Below, piece after piece: positions 10,375 through 20,188 of a DNA stretch of 64,000 nucleotides. Source of the DNA: an uncultured Gemmatimonadales bacterium (GTDB taxonomy: Bacteria > Gemmatimonadota > Gemmatimonadetes > Gemmatimonadales > GWC2-71-9); the NCBI GenBank assembly GCA_963798915.1, contig CAWCVB010000002.1:576001-640000 (forward strand), given 5' to 3'. How positions within the stretch are numbered: the stretch's first letter is position 1; the number at the start of each line of letters is the position of its first letter. The notes under the pieces are model-generated. The model had not been told where the DNA came from, made no database searches, and saw only the letters and a list, made by a program, of their open reading frames with translations. A program made the translations under genes and the position numbers.

Positions 10375-11360
10375 GGCGATCGCTGCTCCGGCAGGCGGCA
10401 TCCCGCGTCGTAGATGGCCGCGCGCCACCTGGGGCCATACTCGGTGGCGTCGGGGTCGCGTACCAGCGCAAGCACATAGCAGCCGGATCGGGTGGCGGCG
10501 AGCGCCGTGCCGCCGCCAATGATTCGCTGGTCAACGCGGATGGTGTCGTTGGCGCTGGTGACCGCGTGAGCTGGTCCGGAAAGGGTGACGGCGTCCGTGT
10601 CAGGCGTAATTGCGGCATCCAGCGACGGGCCGGCGATCCAGTGCACCGTGGTGGTGTCCATCGCTGCCTCGCCAGCATGCTGTGCGGAAGAATCGCCGGC
10701 GGGCGAGAGGGCGACCCAGGCCGCGGATGGGGCGTCGTCATTGGCGATGCGTGGCCCAAGCCCGCCAAAGATGCGGCTGCCCGCCGCGTTCCAGCGGACC
10801 CGCCATCCACTGAGGGAACCGAGCCAGCGGTCCCGGCCGGACGCGAGGTCGATCACGCCCAGCCTGGCAAACCCGGCGGCGGCGGCCATGCCGCTCGCGT
10901 TGAAGCTCGCACTCCGCGCCTCCCCGACCGACACACCGAGTTGGCGTGCTGCCAAGGTCATGGTCTTGGCCGACACCGTGCCGGACTCCCCGGCGTGCAC
11001 GATGAGAGCGGCGCCAAAGGCCGCCATCCGCCAATCGGGCGACGGGGCTGCGTCCCAGACGCTGTCCCTGCCGACAATGGTGCCGAACCTGTCCGACGCA
11101 ATCCGAAAGCCATCGAAGAATGGCTCGGCCTCGATCGAGGCCCAGTCCTCGACCGCCATGATGGCGCTACTGTCTGGCGAATAGGCCCAGCGGATGCGGC
11201 CCGTCATGCCCTGGGCGCCCGTGTTGACTCGCGTCATCGCCGGAGGCCGGGTAAGTGGCGGCGTTGGTCCGCTGCTGCGCGGCGACCGGTTGGCCCCGCG
11301 CCCGGAACGACAGGCGCCGACCAGCGCGGCGAGCACCAGCAGGATGAAATGCAGCTTCAA
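10371..11360 (-). CDS. Hypothetical lipoprotein, possible beta-propeller
   Basis: TTG start with AGGAG RBS; lipobox LVGAC; YSPDSS/PSPDW turn motifs. Confidence 0.65.
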   Translation of the reverse strand: MKLHFILLVLAALVGACRSGRGANRSPRSSGPTPPLTRPPAMTRVNTGAQGMTGRIRWAYSPDSSAIMAVEDWASIEAEPFFDGFRIASDRFGTIVGRDSVWDAAPSPDWRMAAFGAALIVHAGESGTVSAKTMTLAARQLGVSVGEARSASFNASGMAAAAGFARLGVIDLASGRDRWLGSLSGWRVRWNAAGSRIFGGLGPRIANDDAPSAAWVALSPAGDSSAQHAGEAAMDTTTVHWIAGPSLDAAITPDTDAVTLSGPAHAVTSANDTIRVDQRIIGGGTALAATRSGCYVLALVRDPDATEYGPRWRAAIYDAGCRLPEQRSP

Positions 11361-11437
11361 CGTCGGCTCCTGTTGGATGACCAGACAAATGTATCTTGCA
11401 GCGCCGTCTCTCCCCATGCCCAGTTTGCGGAGCTCAT

Positions 11438-12903
11438 GTGCTGGACGCCCTGTTGCAGGCCATTGACGCCGATGCCTCGCCCGAGGCGGCCCGCGCTGTC
11501 TTCAGCCTGGCATCCCGGTTCATCGCCGACTCCGCAGCCGGTGGCGAGCCGGTGACCACGCCGCATGATGCCGAAACCCTGTACCGGATGATAGACGGTC
11601 CATTGCCGGCAGGCGGCCGGCCACTGGAGCAGGTCCTGGCGGATGTCGAGCGGTCCATCATGGCCCACTCCATCCGTCTTTCCCACCCGATGTATCTCGG
11701 TCACCAGGTGAGCGCACCGTTGCCGGCCGCCATCTGGACCGATGCGCTCGTGTCGGCCCTCAACAACTCGCTGGCGGTTCGGGAGATGTCGCCGTCCGGC
11801 ACCGCGGTCGAGACACGGCTGGTGCGCTGGATGTGCCAACTCGCCGGCCTCCCCGCGACCGCTGGCGGCACGTTCACCTCGGGCGGCACCGAGGCCACCT
11901 TCACGGCGCTGCTCGCGGCGCGCGCCGCGGCGCTTCCCGATGCCTGGCAGCATGGAATTGCCCGGCCGGCGCCCGTCATCGTCTGTGGTGAGCACGCACA
12001 TTACGCCGTGACCCGCGCGGCGGGCGAGTTGGGCCTGGGGATGGACCAGGCCATTCCGGTCCCATCGCGCGGGCATCGGATGGATCCGGACGCGCTGAGC
12101 GCAACGCGCTTGACCGGCTGGCGGGCGACGGGCGCCGCGTCATGGCTGTCGTGGCCACGGCCGGCTCGACCGCAACCGGCAGCTTCGACGACCTGGAGCG
12201 AATCGGGCAGGAGGCCGCCGACCGCGGACTCTGGCTTCATGTCGATGGCGCTCATGGCGCCTCCGCCATCTTCTCAGAACGCCGCCGCCATCTCGTCAGC
12301 GGGCTGCGTCACGCCAGCAGCATTGCCTGGGACCCGCATAAGATGATGCTCGTGCCGCTTTCGGCGGGCATGGTGCTGGTGCGCGACGAGCGCCACCTCA
12401 CCCAGGCCTTCTCGCAGCGCGCGCCCTACCTTTTCCACGAAGGCGATCGCGAGCGTGGGTGGGATCAGGGACCGCGCAGCTTTGCCTGCTCCCGGCGGTT
12501 CGACGCACTCAAGCTGTGGGTCGCGCTTCATCGATACGGGTCCCGGGGCATCGGGACGCTCTTTGACCATCTTTCGGACTTGGCAGGCTATCTCGCGGCT
12601 CGGCTGCATGCCTCGGGCCTCTTCGAAGTGCTCCATGCGCCGGAATGCAATATCCTCTGCTTCCGCTGGCACCAGGGAAGCATGGCGCCGGACGCGACCA
12701 ACCAGTTCAATCGTCAGCTCAGGGAACGCTACAACGCGAGCGGGGAAGGCTGGATCACCACGACCATGCTGGATGACACGCAGGTGCTCCGCGTGACGAT
12801 CATGAACCCGCGCACCACCGAGGCCCATCTCGATCGGCTGGTGGAGGGCCTGATTCGCGCTGCCGGCACGCTTGCAGGCGCCGCAGGCGGAGCGCCCTCA
12901 TGA
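11438..12903 (+). CDS. Group II PLP-dependent decarboxylase; frameshift near 12095-12110
   Basis: HPMYLGHQ, TSGGTEAT, HAHYAV in ORF 11396..; ATAGSTATGSFD, HVDGAHG, DPHK in ORF 12142..12903; frames join at GCAACGCGCTTGAC. Confidence 0.85.
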
Positions 12904-14012
12904 AGAACTTTCGACCGCCAGTGCTTGATCCTGCTGATCTGGCCGGCGAATCGCTGGCTCGCGCCCGGACGGTGCCGAGCGCATGGTACGTGGACCCGGA
13001 ATTTCACGAGGCGGACCGGGAATGGATTTTTGCCCGCACCTGGCAAGGTATCGCGCATGCGGCCCAGCTTGCAGCGCCGGGCGCGTTCGTGACGGAGAGC
13101 ATCGCTGGGGAGCCGGTCATTGTGCTTCGGGGCAAGGATGGCGTCCTTCGCGCGTTTTATAACGTGTGCCGGCATCGCGGCGGACCGCTGGCGGTTGAGC
13201 AGGAGGGTTGCGTCAATGCGCTGCAGTGCAAGTATCATGGCTGGACCTACCTGCTGGATGGCACACTTCGCGGGGTGCCGGCCATGGATCGCACCGAACT
13301 CTTCGACAGGAAGGATTTCGGGCTCCACGCGATTCGCGTCGACGAGTGGCAGGGTCTGGTGTTCGTGAACCTGGATCGCGACGCCCTGCCACTGGCGGAC
13401 TTCATGGGGGGCATCGCCGAACAGATTGTCCCGACCCGGCTCGATCGGCTGCAGTTCGTGCGGCGGGTGGACTATCAGGTGGAGTGCAACTGGAAAGTGT
13501 ACGTGGACAATTATCTCGAGGGCTACCACGTTCCCTATGTCCATCCTGAACTGGCCAAGCTGTATGACTACCGGCAGTACGTGACCACGGCCTCCCGCTG
13601 GTATTCGCTGCAGCAGAGTCCGCTGACGGGCGACAACCTCTACAGCCGGGACGGTGGCGGGGAGGCCTTCTATTACTGCGTCTTTCCCAATTTCATGCTC
13701 AACATCCTGCCCGGCCGCCTGCAGACCAACCTCGTCCTGCCGGACGGACATGATCGCTGTCGGGTGATCTTCCAGTACTTCCACGAGGCGCCCGATGCGG
13801 CCCGGATCGATGCAGACTTGGCGTACAGCGACGGGGTGCAGGCGGAGGATGCCAGTATCTGTGCCCGGGTGCAGCAGGGTCTCGGGTCACGGGCCTACGA
13901 CACCGGGCGGTTTTCGGTAAAATACGAGGCGGGGGTACACCACTTTCAGGAGCTGGTGCGCGAGGCCTATCGCACCGGCCTGGAGGGCAAGTCCTCTATT
14001 GGCCGGCCCTGA
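12900..14012 (+). CDS. Rieske oxygenase alpha subunit (choline monooxygenase/CntA-like family)
   Basis: CRHRG..CKYHGW Rieske motif; NWK..DNYLEGYHVPYVH; QAED. Confidence 0.9.
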   Translation: MKNFRPPVLDPADLAGESLARARTVPSAWYVDPEFHEADREWIFARTWQGIAHAAQLAAPGAFVTESIAGEPVIVLRGKDGVLRAFYNVCRHRGGPLAVEQEGCVNALQCKYHGWTYLLDGTLRGVPAMDRTELFDRKDFGLHAIRVDEWQGLVFVNLDRDALPLADFMGGIAEQIVPTRLDRLQFVRRVDYQVECNWKVYVDNYLEGYHVPYVHPELAKLYDYRQYVTTASRWYSLQQSPLTGDNLYSRDGGGEAFYYCVFPNFMLNILPGRLQTNLVLPDGHDRCRVIFQYFHEAPDAARIDADLAYSDGVQAEDASICARVQQGLGSRAYDTGRFSVKYEAGVHHFQELVREAYRTGLEGKSSIGRP

Positions 14013-14898
14013 ACGAGACCCGCTGCTGGACCAGCGTGCGTACGGCCCGCCCATCCTGCCGACCCGGACGCAGCAGGCAGGAGCGCACTGACGCTGCGGC
14101 GGCAGGAGCGAAGCCCCGGTGGGACGCCTCCAGCACCCGCACGGAATTCGGCTCGACCCTTCCCATTGTATCCACGATATAGGCAAGCAGTACCACCCCG
14201 TTGCGGCCTGCCATCGTTCCGGGCGGCGGCACTTGCTCGCACTTGATCACCGTCGGCTTCTGGCTGAGTTCGGAGGCCGCGTGGGGCGCCGGCCGCCCGA
14301 TGGAATCGGCGCGCAACTGGTTCACCACGGCGTCGGCATCGGCGGAATAGGGCAGGGTATCGGCGCCCATGGCGCGAAGCTGCTGCTGCTGGCTGGCTAC
14401 GGCGACGACCCGTGCGGCCGTGGTATCCGACAGCCAGACCGTGAGGATGTTCTCTCCCGTGTCCGCACTGGCGGTCCAGCGGCCCCGGCGCCATTGCCGG
14501 GCGGTCGCGATGGTCGTATCGGGTGCGCCCCACATGCGGGTGAGCGCGCCGTAGGCGCTGCGCGGGTCGGTCATGGCCTCGCGGATCGCGAGGTAGGCCA
14601 CCACACTGTCATCCGACTGGATCATGGCGCTGACGTTCACCGTGCTGGCCGCCGAATCGGGCGTGTAGCATAACTCGTCGGCCGCGAGGCCGTCCACGTC
14701 GATCTTGTCACACAGCATCGCGCCGATCCCGAGATTGGTGGCAGCAGCCCGTAGCTCGGTTGCCTGCATGCCCGGCGCCATCCCATGGAAGCTGAACGAC
14801 GGGGCGTGGGCCTGATCTCCGCAGCCAGCGAGCATGAGCGCAAACGCGACACCAGCGCATGCCCGGAGGCCCAGCGGAAGGAAGGGTCGCAGCAGCAC
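13996..14898 (-). CDS. Lipoprotein with C-terminal TonB_C-like domain
   Basis: Lipobox LAGC; C-terminal GVVLLAYIVDTMGRVEPNSVRVL..PGRQDGRAV..VQQRVSF. Confidence 0.7.
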   Translation of the reverse strand: MLLRPFLPLGLRACAGVAFALMLAGCGDQAHAPSFSFHGMAPGMQATELRAAATNLGIGAMLCDKIDVDGLAADELCYTPDSAASTVNVSAMIQSDDSVVAYLAIREAMTDPRSAYGALTRMWGAPDTTIATARQWRRGRWTASADTGENILTVWLSDTTAARVVAVASQQQQLRAMGADTLPYSADADAVVNQLRADSIGRPAPHAASELSQKPTVIKCEQVPPPGTMAGRNGVVLLAYIVDTMGRVEPNSVRVLEASHRGFAPAAAASVRSCLLRPGRQDGRAVRTLVQQRVSFRAGQ

Positions 14899-15043
14899 GG
14901 CGCCTCGCGAGCTCAGGAAGAGATGGCCTCAAGTTATGCCCCGCGCCGGGTCCTGCAAAGCGCTTGTTGCCATGCCGGGCCCGCGGCTACCTTCGAGGCG
15001 CGGCGCCCCGTGCCGCATCACCGCTGCCGAGGAACGGTACTGC

Positions 15044-15979
15044 ATGCTCCGTCAGGGCCTGCTCTGGCTGTCGCAACAGAATGGCATCTTTCGCTTTGTC
15101 CGCTCCAACCCGCTGGCTCGACGCTTTGCCTCCCGATTTGTGGCGGGCGAGACCATCGAGGAAGGCGTGGCGGCGGCGCGCGAACTGATGACTCGCGGCA
15201 TCACGGCGTCGCTCGACCTGCTGGGCGAAAGCGTCACGAAGCCGGACGAAGCCACGGCGGCCAAGAACCAGTACCTGGAGATGCTGGACCGGATGGCGGC
15301 GGCCGGCAACATCGAGGTCAACGTCTCGGTGAAGCTGACGCAGATGGGTCTCGATATCGCCGAGGACCTCTGCCGGCGGAACATGGCCGAGATCCTGGGT
15401 CGCGCGGCGTCGCTGGGCGGATTCGTGCGACTGGACATGGAAGGTTCGGCCTATACCGAACGGACCCTCGACTTCTTCCGCCGGCAGCTGTTCCCCGAGT
15501 TCGGCGAGCACTGCGGGGTGGTGATCCAGTCGGCACTTCGGCGATCGCGGGACGACATCGAGGGTCTCATCACGCTCGGTGCCCGGGTCCGGCTCTGCAA
15601 GGGCGCCTACCTCGAGCCTCCCGACATCGCATTTCCCGAGAAGGCCGATGTCGACCGCAACTACGTGGCGCTGATGGAGCGGCTGCTCGTCGCAGGACGA
15701 TATCCCGCGCTCGCCACGCATGACGAAGCCATCATTACCCGGGCGCGTGCGTTCGTGGCCGAACAGCAGATTCCCGATGACCGGTTCGAGTTCCAGATGC
15801 TGTACGGTGTCCGGCGCGACCTGCAGCAGCAGCTGCGCGGCGCCGGCCACCGCGTGCGGGTCTACATTCCGTTCGGCACCCAGTGGTATCCCTACCTGAT
15901 GCGCCGGCTCGCTGAACGTCCCGCCAATATCGCCTTCATGCTCGGCAACCTTGTCAAGGAGTCAACCCGGCACCGGTGA
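15044..15979 (+). CDS. Monofunctional proline dehydrogenase
   Basis: RFVAGET, LDLLGE, SVKLTQMG, RLDME, RLCKGAY, ATHD, FQMLYG, YLMRRLAER. Confidence 0.93.
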   Translation: MLRQGLLWLSQQNGIFRFVRSNPLARRFASRFVAGETIEEGVAAARELMTRGITASLDLLGESVTKPDEATAAKNQYLEMLDRMAAAGNIEVNVSVKLTQMGLDIAEDLCRRNMAEILGRAASLGGFVRLDMEGSAYTERTLDFFRRQLFPEFGEHCGVVIQSALRRSRDDIEGLITLGARVRLCKGAYLEPPDIAFPEKADVDRNYVALMERLLVAGRYPALATHDEAIITRARAFVAEQQIPDDRFEFQMLYGVRRDLQQQLRGAGHRVRVYIPFGTQWYPYLMRRLAERPANIAFMLGNLVKESTRHR

Positions 15980-16290
15980 CCGACCTCACCCTCGGCGGTT
16001 ATATGGCCACGCACGAACGGGCGGCCGCCTTCGGCGGCAGCGACGGCGAGGCCTACTCCGTCGGCGTGGTGGTGGATGACGAGCCGGACGAACGTGGACG
16101 CTACCCGGCGAGCCTGCTGTTTGTCCGCTGGTCGCGCGCGGGCGACCGCCCGGTCGGCCACGTGGAAACGCCGGCCCTCGCATGGGGCCGAAGCGGTGCC
16201 GAGGCGGAGGAGCGCATCAAGGCGCTGTCGCTGTTTGACGTGAAGGCGGCCCTCGATGAGGCCATTGCGGCGGCGCCGGACGAATGGTGA
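15976..16290 (+). CDS. Hypothetical protein
   Basis: Overlaps both neighbours in operon-like fashion; plausible composition. Confidence 0.7.
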   Translation: MTDLTLGGYMATHERAAAFGGSDGEAYSVGVVVDDEPDERGRYPASLLFVRWSRAGDRPVGHVETPALAWGRSGAEAEERIKALSLFDVKAALDEAIAAAPDEW

Positions 16291-17183
16291 CCGGTACGGT
16301 ACTCGAGCGGGACGGCGCCCACTATCGCGTGCTCACCGCCGAGGGTGAACGGCGTGCCGTGCTCAGGAAGAAGGTGAAGCGCGAGGAGTTCCGGGTCGTG
16401 GTGGGTGACCTTGTCCGGCTGGAGCCTGAAGCCGGTGGGGAACTGTTCGGCATCACCGCGGTCGAGCCGCGGCGCAGCGTGCTCGAACGGCGGGTGCCCG
16501 AGGGCCGGGGTACCCGCATCGTCGTCGCCAACCTGGATGAGGTGTTCGTGGTGACGGCCACGATCGATCCCGCCCCCCTGCTACAGCTCCTCGATCGGCT
16601 GCTGGTGGTGGCGGAAGCCAACGAGATCGAGGCCGCGGTCATTGTGAACAAGAGCGACCAGTCTTCCGCCACCCCGCTGAAGGAGCGGTTCCGCAGCGCC
16701 GGCTATCCGGTGATCGTGACCAGCGTGGTCAGCGGGGAGGGCATGGACCAGTTTGCTGGGGCCCTCCGAGGCCACACGGCGGTGGTCACCGGACCATCCG
16801 GGGTCGGAAAGTCCAGTCTGCTCAACGCCGTCGAGCCGGGCCTGGGCCTGCGGACGGGCGAAATCAGCCGCAAGGTGCGCCGCGGCACCAACACGACTGT
16901 CGGTGCGGTCATGATCCCGCTGCGACATGGCGGATTTCTGGTGGATACACCGGGCTTCAGCGACGTCGGGCTCTGGGGCATCGACCCGGCTGAGCTGGCG
17001 TCATGCTTTCCCGAAATGCGGCCCCTGCTGGGCGAATGCCGGTTCCAGGATTGCCGGCATCGCACCGAGCCGGGCTGCGCCATCCGCGGCGCCGTGGCCA
17101 ACGGTGCCATCGCCGCCGACCGTCTGGAGAGTTATCACGTGCTCCTGAATGAACTGGAGTGCGCGCCCCGCGACTGGGAGTAG
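16284..17183 (+). CDS. rsgA: Ribosome small subunit-dependent GTPase A
   Basis: Circularly permuted GTPase NKSD, GPSGVGKSS, DTPG; zinc knuckle CRFQDCRHRTEPGC. Confidence 0.95.
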   Translation: MVTGTVLERDGAHYRVLTAEGERRAVLRKKVKREEFRVVVGDLVRLEPEAGGELFGITAVEPRRSVLERRVPEGRGTRIVVANLDEVFVVTATIDPAPLLQLLDRLLVVAEANEIEAAVIVNKSDQSSATPLKERFRSAGYPVIVTSVVSGEGMDQFAGALRGHTAVVTGPSGVGKSSLLNAVEPGLGLRTGEISRKVRRGTNTTVGAVMIPLRHGGFLVDTPGFSDVGLWGIDPAELASCFPEMRPLLGECRFQDCRHRTEPGCAIRGAVANGAIAADRLESYHVLLNELECAPRDWE

Positions 17184-17185
17184 GC

Positions 17186-17503
17186 CTAGGCTTTCGGGGT
17201 CCACCGCGCGGCGTCCCGCTGCTCCACTTTTCCCATCATCCGCTCGAACGCGTCGTCCAGGTCGATGCCCTCTCGATTGGCCATGCAGATGATGACAAAG
17301 AGGATATCCGCCATTTCCATGGCGAGGTCGCCTTGGGGTTCCTCCGGCTTTCGGGTCTTCTGGCCAAAACGATGGTTGACTTCCCGCGCCAGTTCGCCGG
17401 TCTCCTCGGCCAACCGGGCCATGTTGGTGAGCGGGTGGAAGTAGCCCTCTTCAAACTGACTGATCCAGCGGTCAACGCGCGCTTGCAGGTGAGCTAGGGG
17501 CAT
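17186..17503 (-). CDS. MazG-like nucleotide pyrophosphohydrolase (YpjD family)
   Basis: GYFHPLTNMARLAEETGELAREVNH, EMADILFV. Confidence 0.9.
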   Translation of the reverse strand: MPLAHLQARVDRWISQFEEGYFHPLTNMARLAEETGELAREVNHRFGQKTRKPEEPQGDLAMEMADILFVIICMANREGIDLDDAFERMMGKVEQRDAARWTPKA

Positions 17504-17514
17504 GGGGTCCGGGC

Positions 17515-17561
17515 TGGGGTGGGGGCTGAGGGCTGAAGGCTGAAAGCTGTACGCTGAAAGC
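17515..17561. repeat. GCTGAAR-type heptamer tandem array
   Basis: gctgagg gctgaag gctgaaa gctgtac gctgaaa gc. Confidence 0.8.
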
Positions 17562-17572
17562 AGGTGCTGCAC

Positions 17573-18256
17573 TCAGGACCATCGGGCGGCCCACTCGCGC
17601 TGTGCCCGGTCGTCGCCTTTCCCGGCGACGGCCGGGTTGAGGCGCTCGATGATCGCGGCGAAGCCAAGGCTTTCGGGATCGAGTTTGAGATAGCCGCTCA
17701 CCACGCCGATGACCCGGAATCCCCGCCGCAGCTGAAAGCTCAGGGTCGGGTCGAAGCGCTCTTTCCGGATCACCGCGCGAACGTACTGCCGAGCGTCCAT
17801 GACGTGCGCGACCTTGTGATAGCCCCGGAGCCGCGACCCGGCCCGGATCCGGAGCAATCCCAGGCGGGTTACCAGGTGCCAGCGGGCGTCGTAGAGTTGC
17901 GAGCCGACACCCTTTCCGCGCCAGTCGGGCGCCACCATGACTTCGGCGCCATAGAGCGTGCGACCGGATTCCGGGTCATGATTGCGGAATGTGCCGCCTT
18001 CGGTGAAGTCCCGCCAGGCGTCATGAATATCGTAGTCGTCCCACAGTACGATCAGGCTTGCTGCCATGCCGATCACAGCGCCGTCGCCAGCTGCGTCCGT
18101 CACGGCAACCATCTGCCCCTCGGGAAAGACCTCGAGATGCGACGCGAGCAGCTCTTCCCGCCATGCGGCAGCCGTCCCGTAGATGTCCCGCGAAAGCCGC
18201 ACGATGCCGGGAAAATCCTCCGGCCGTGTCGCACGCACCTCGACACCACGCCTCAC
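17573..18256 (-). CDS. GNAT N-acetyltransferase (similar to YhcX N-terminal domain)
   Basis: HLEVFPEGQMVA, LYGAEVMVAPDWRGKGVG, FDPTLSFQL. Confidence 0.85.
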   Translation of the reverse strand: MRRGVEVRATRPEDFPGIVRLSRDIYGTAAAWREELLASHLEVFPEGQMVAVTDAAGDGAVIGMAASLIVLWDDYDIHDAWRDFTEGGTFRNHDPESGRTLYGAEVMVAPDWRGKGVGSQLYDARWHLVTRLGLLRIRAGSRLRGYHKVAHVMDARQYVRAVIRKERFDPTLSFQLRRGFRVIGVVSGYLKLDPESLGFAAIIERLNPAVAGKGDDRAQREWAARWS

Positions 18257-19164
18257 AGCGCCTGCACTTCAATTGAAGCGAGTACATCCTTGGTCGAGGC
18301 GCTGTCCCGCAGCGGGAGGACCGTTCCGGTGCGGCGCGCCTCGCGCAGCACGCCCAGGTTGATGTCGCCGATCACCATCATCTCCTGGTTGACGGTACCC
18401 TCGGCCAGGATGCCATCGCGCGCAAAACCAAAGTCGCTCGGCGTCAGGATGGCGGCCTGCCCGTAGTTGAGGTGCACGGCCGGCACCATGGGGATCGAGC
18501 CGACGGTGGACGACGTCACCACGAAGAGCTGGTTCTCCACGGCGCGGGCGTGCGCGCAGTACCGCACCCGCAGGAACCCTTGCCGGTCATCGGTGCAGCT
18601 GGGCGCTACCAGCAGGTCGGCGCCGGACATCGCGGCGGCGCGCCCAATCTCAGGGAACTCGACATCGTAGCAGATGGCCACGGCAAAGCGGCCGAAATCG
18701 GCCTCGAAAATGTGCAACCCGCGCGATGGCGAGATGCCCCATTCTTCCGTCTCGAACCGGGTCAGGTGGAGCTTGCCCTGCTGACCCATCGAGCCCGATG
18801 GACCGAAGAGATGGCAGATATTGCGCACCGCGCCATCGCCCTCGTCGATCACGGGAACCGTGCCACCAACGATGTACACGCCATGCTCCCGGGCCAGGCT
18901 TCCCAGCAGCTGCACCACCCTGGGCGCCTGGCGCGCAAGATCCCGGACCTGCTCCATGACCGGCCGCTTGACATCTCCCAGCGTGAGGAGCTGGACGGTG
19001 AAATATTCGGGGAAGACCAGCAGGTGCGCCCGATAGTCGGCGGCGGTCTCCACCAGCGCCCGCACCTGGTCGGCGAAGGCCTCGAAGGTGAGCACCGGGC
19101 GAATGAAGTACTGGAATGTGGCGATGCGCAGCGGCCGGATTGGCTGGGGTTCCGGCGCGGTCAC
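18253..19164 (-). CDS. Carbon-nitrogen hydrolase (nitrilase superfamily)
   Basis: Catalytic E-K-C: FPEY, KLHLT, ICYDVEFPE; ARAVENQ. Confidence 0.92.
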   Translation of the reverse strand: MTAPEPQPIRPLRIATFQYFIRPVLTFEAFADQVRALVETAADYRAHLLVFPEYFTVQLLTLGDVKRPVMEQVRDLARQAPRVVQLLGSLAREHGVYIVGGTVPVIDEGDGAVRNICHLFGPSGSMGQQGKLHLTRFETEEWGISPSRGLHIFEADFGRFAVAICYDVEFPEIGRAAAMSGADLLVAPSCTDDRQGFLRVRYCAHARAVENQLFVVTSSTVGSIPMVPAVHLNYGQAAILTPSDFGFARDGILAEGTVNQEMMVIGDINLGVLREARRTGTVLPLRDSASTKDVLASIEVQAL

Positions 19165-19682
19165 TGCCGCTCCAGCAGCTGGAGCAGCGCACGCATGAAA
19201 TCCGGCAGGTCACCCGGATTCCGGGACGTGACCAGGTTGCCGTCCACCACCACGCTGCGGTCTTCCCACTGCATGCCGGCGTTGACCAGGTCGTCCTTGA
19301 TGGCGTTGACACTGGTTCCGCGCCTGCCCTTGACGATCCGCGCGGAAATCGGGACCCATCCAGCGTGGCAAATGAATGCCACCGGCTTGCCCGCGTGGAA
19401 AATGTCACGGGTGAGCGACAGCACCTGCTCGCTGCGGCGCAGCTTGTCCGGCGCAAATCCGCCCGGAATGACCAGGCCATCGAACTGGTCGGCACTGATG
19501 GCGTCCACCGTGACGTCGGGCGTGCAAGGATATCCGTGCTTGCCCCGCACCTCATCCATGGTCAGGCCGGCAATGACGGTACGGGCACCGGCCTCATCCA
19601 GCCGGATCTTGGGATACCAGAGCTCCAGGTCTTCGTAGAGCGGGGCGGTGAACAGCAGGATGGTCTTGGTGGTCAGGGGCAT
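19161..19682 (-). CDS. PfpI/DJ-1 family protein
   Basis: YEDLELWYP, PGGFAPD, ICHAG, TSRNPGDL. Confidence 0.92.
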   Translation of the reverse strand: MPLTTKTILLFTAPLYEDLELWYPKIRLDEAGARTVIAGLTMDEVRGKHGYPCTPDVTVDAISADQFDGLVIPGGFAPDKLRRSEQVLSLTRDIFHAGKPVAFICHAGWVPISARIVKGRRGTSVNAIKDDLVNAGMQWEDRSVVVDGNLVTSRNPGDLPDFMRALLQLLERQ

Positions 19683-19702
19683 GAATGCAGCTTCCTGCGT
19701 GG

Positions 19703-19866
19703 AGGCTGAAGGCTGAAAGGGTCGAGGGTCGAGGGTCGAGCGTCGAGGGTCGAGCGTCGACGGCGTCGAGAAGAGGTGTCACCCTGAGGCTCAGGGCGAC
19801 ACACCACGAGCTTCGCCCCGTCTTCCCGTCTTCCCGCCACTTCCCACTTCCCACTTCCCACTTCCA
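19703..19866. repeat. Mixed repeat block in divergent intergenic region: GCTGAAG x2, GTCGAGG/C heptamers, palindrome, GTCTTCCC x2, ACTTCCC x4
   Basis: Directly visible tandem units; palindrome GTGTCACCCTGAG-G-CTCAGGGCGACAC at 19776-19802. Confidence 0.85.
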
Positions 19867-19934
19867 ACAGTAACCTACGTCATCCCGGAACGGACAACAG
19901 GCCCGCCCGGCCCTCTTCCCATGCCAATCACGCA

Positions 19935-20177
19935 ATGCGACCACGCGACCGAATCCTCGCGAATCTCGAGTCCATCTATCGTGAGTCATACGATCAGGCC
20001 AAGGCCGCCGAGGCCGAAACCCGGATGACTGACCTTGATAACGCGTTCCAGCGGGATCAGCTGATGCTGGAAATCCTGCTGGATATTCGCGACCTCTTTG
20101 CCGTGGCGCCGGCCGCCTCTGGTGGCAGCGCGCTCGAACGGCTCGAAGCGCTTCGCAAGCTGACTCGACTTCGCTGA
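19935..20177 (+). CDS. Small helical hypothetical protein
   Basis: 80-aa ORF heading a co-oriented run; amphipathic helical pattern. Confidence 0.75.
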   Translation: MRPRDRILANLESIYRESYDQAKAAEAETRMTDLDNAFQRDQLMLEILLDIRDLFAVAPAASGGSALERLEALRKLTRLR

Positions 20178-20188
20178 AAGGCCGACAG

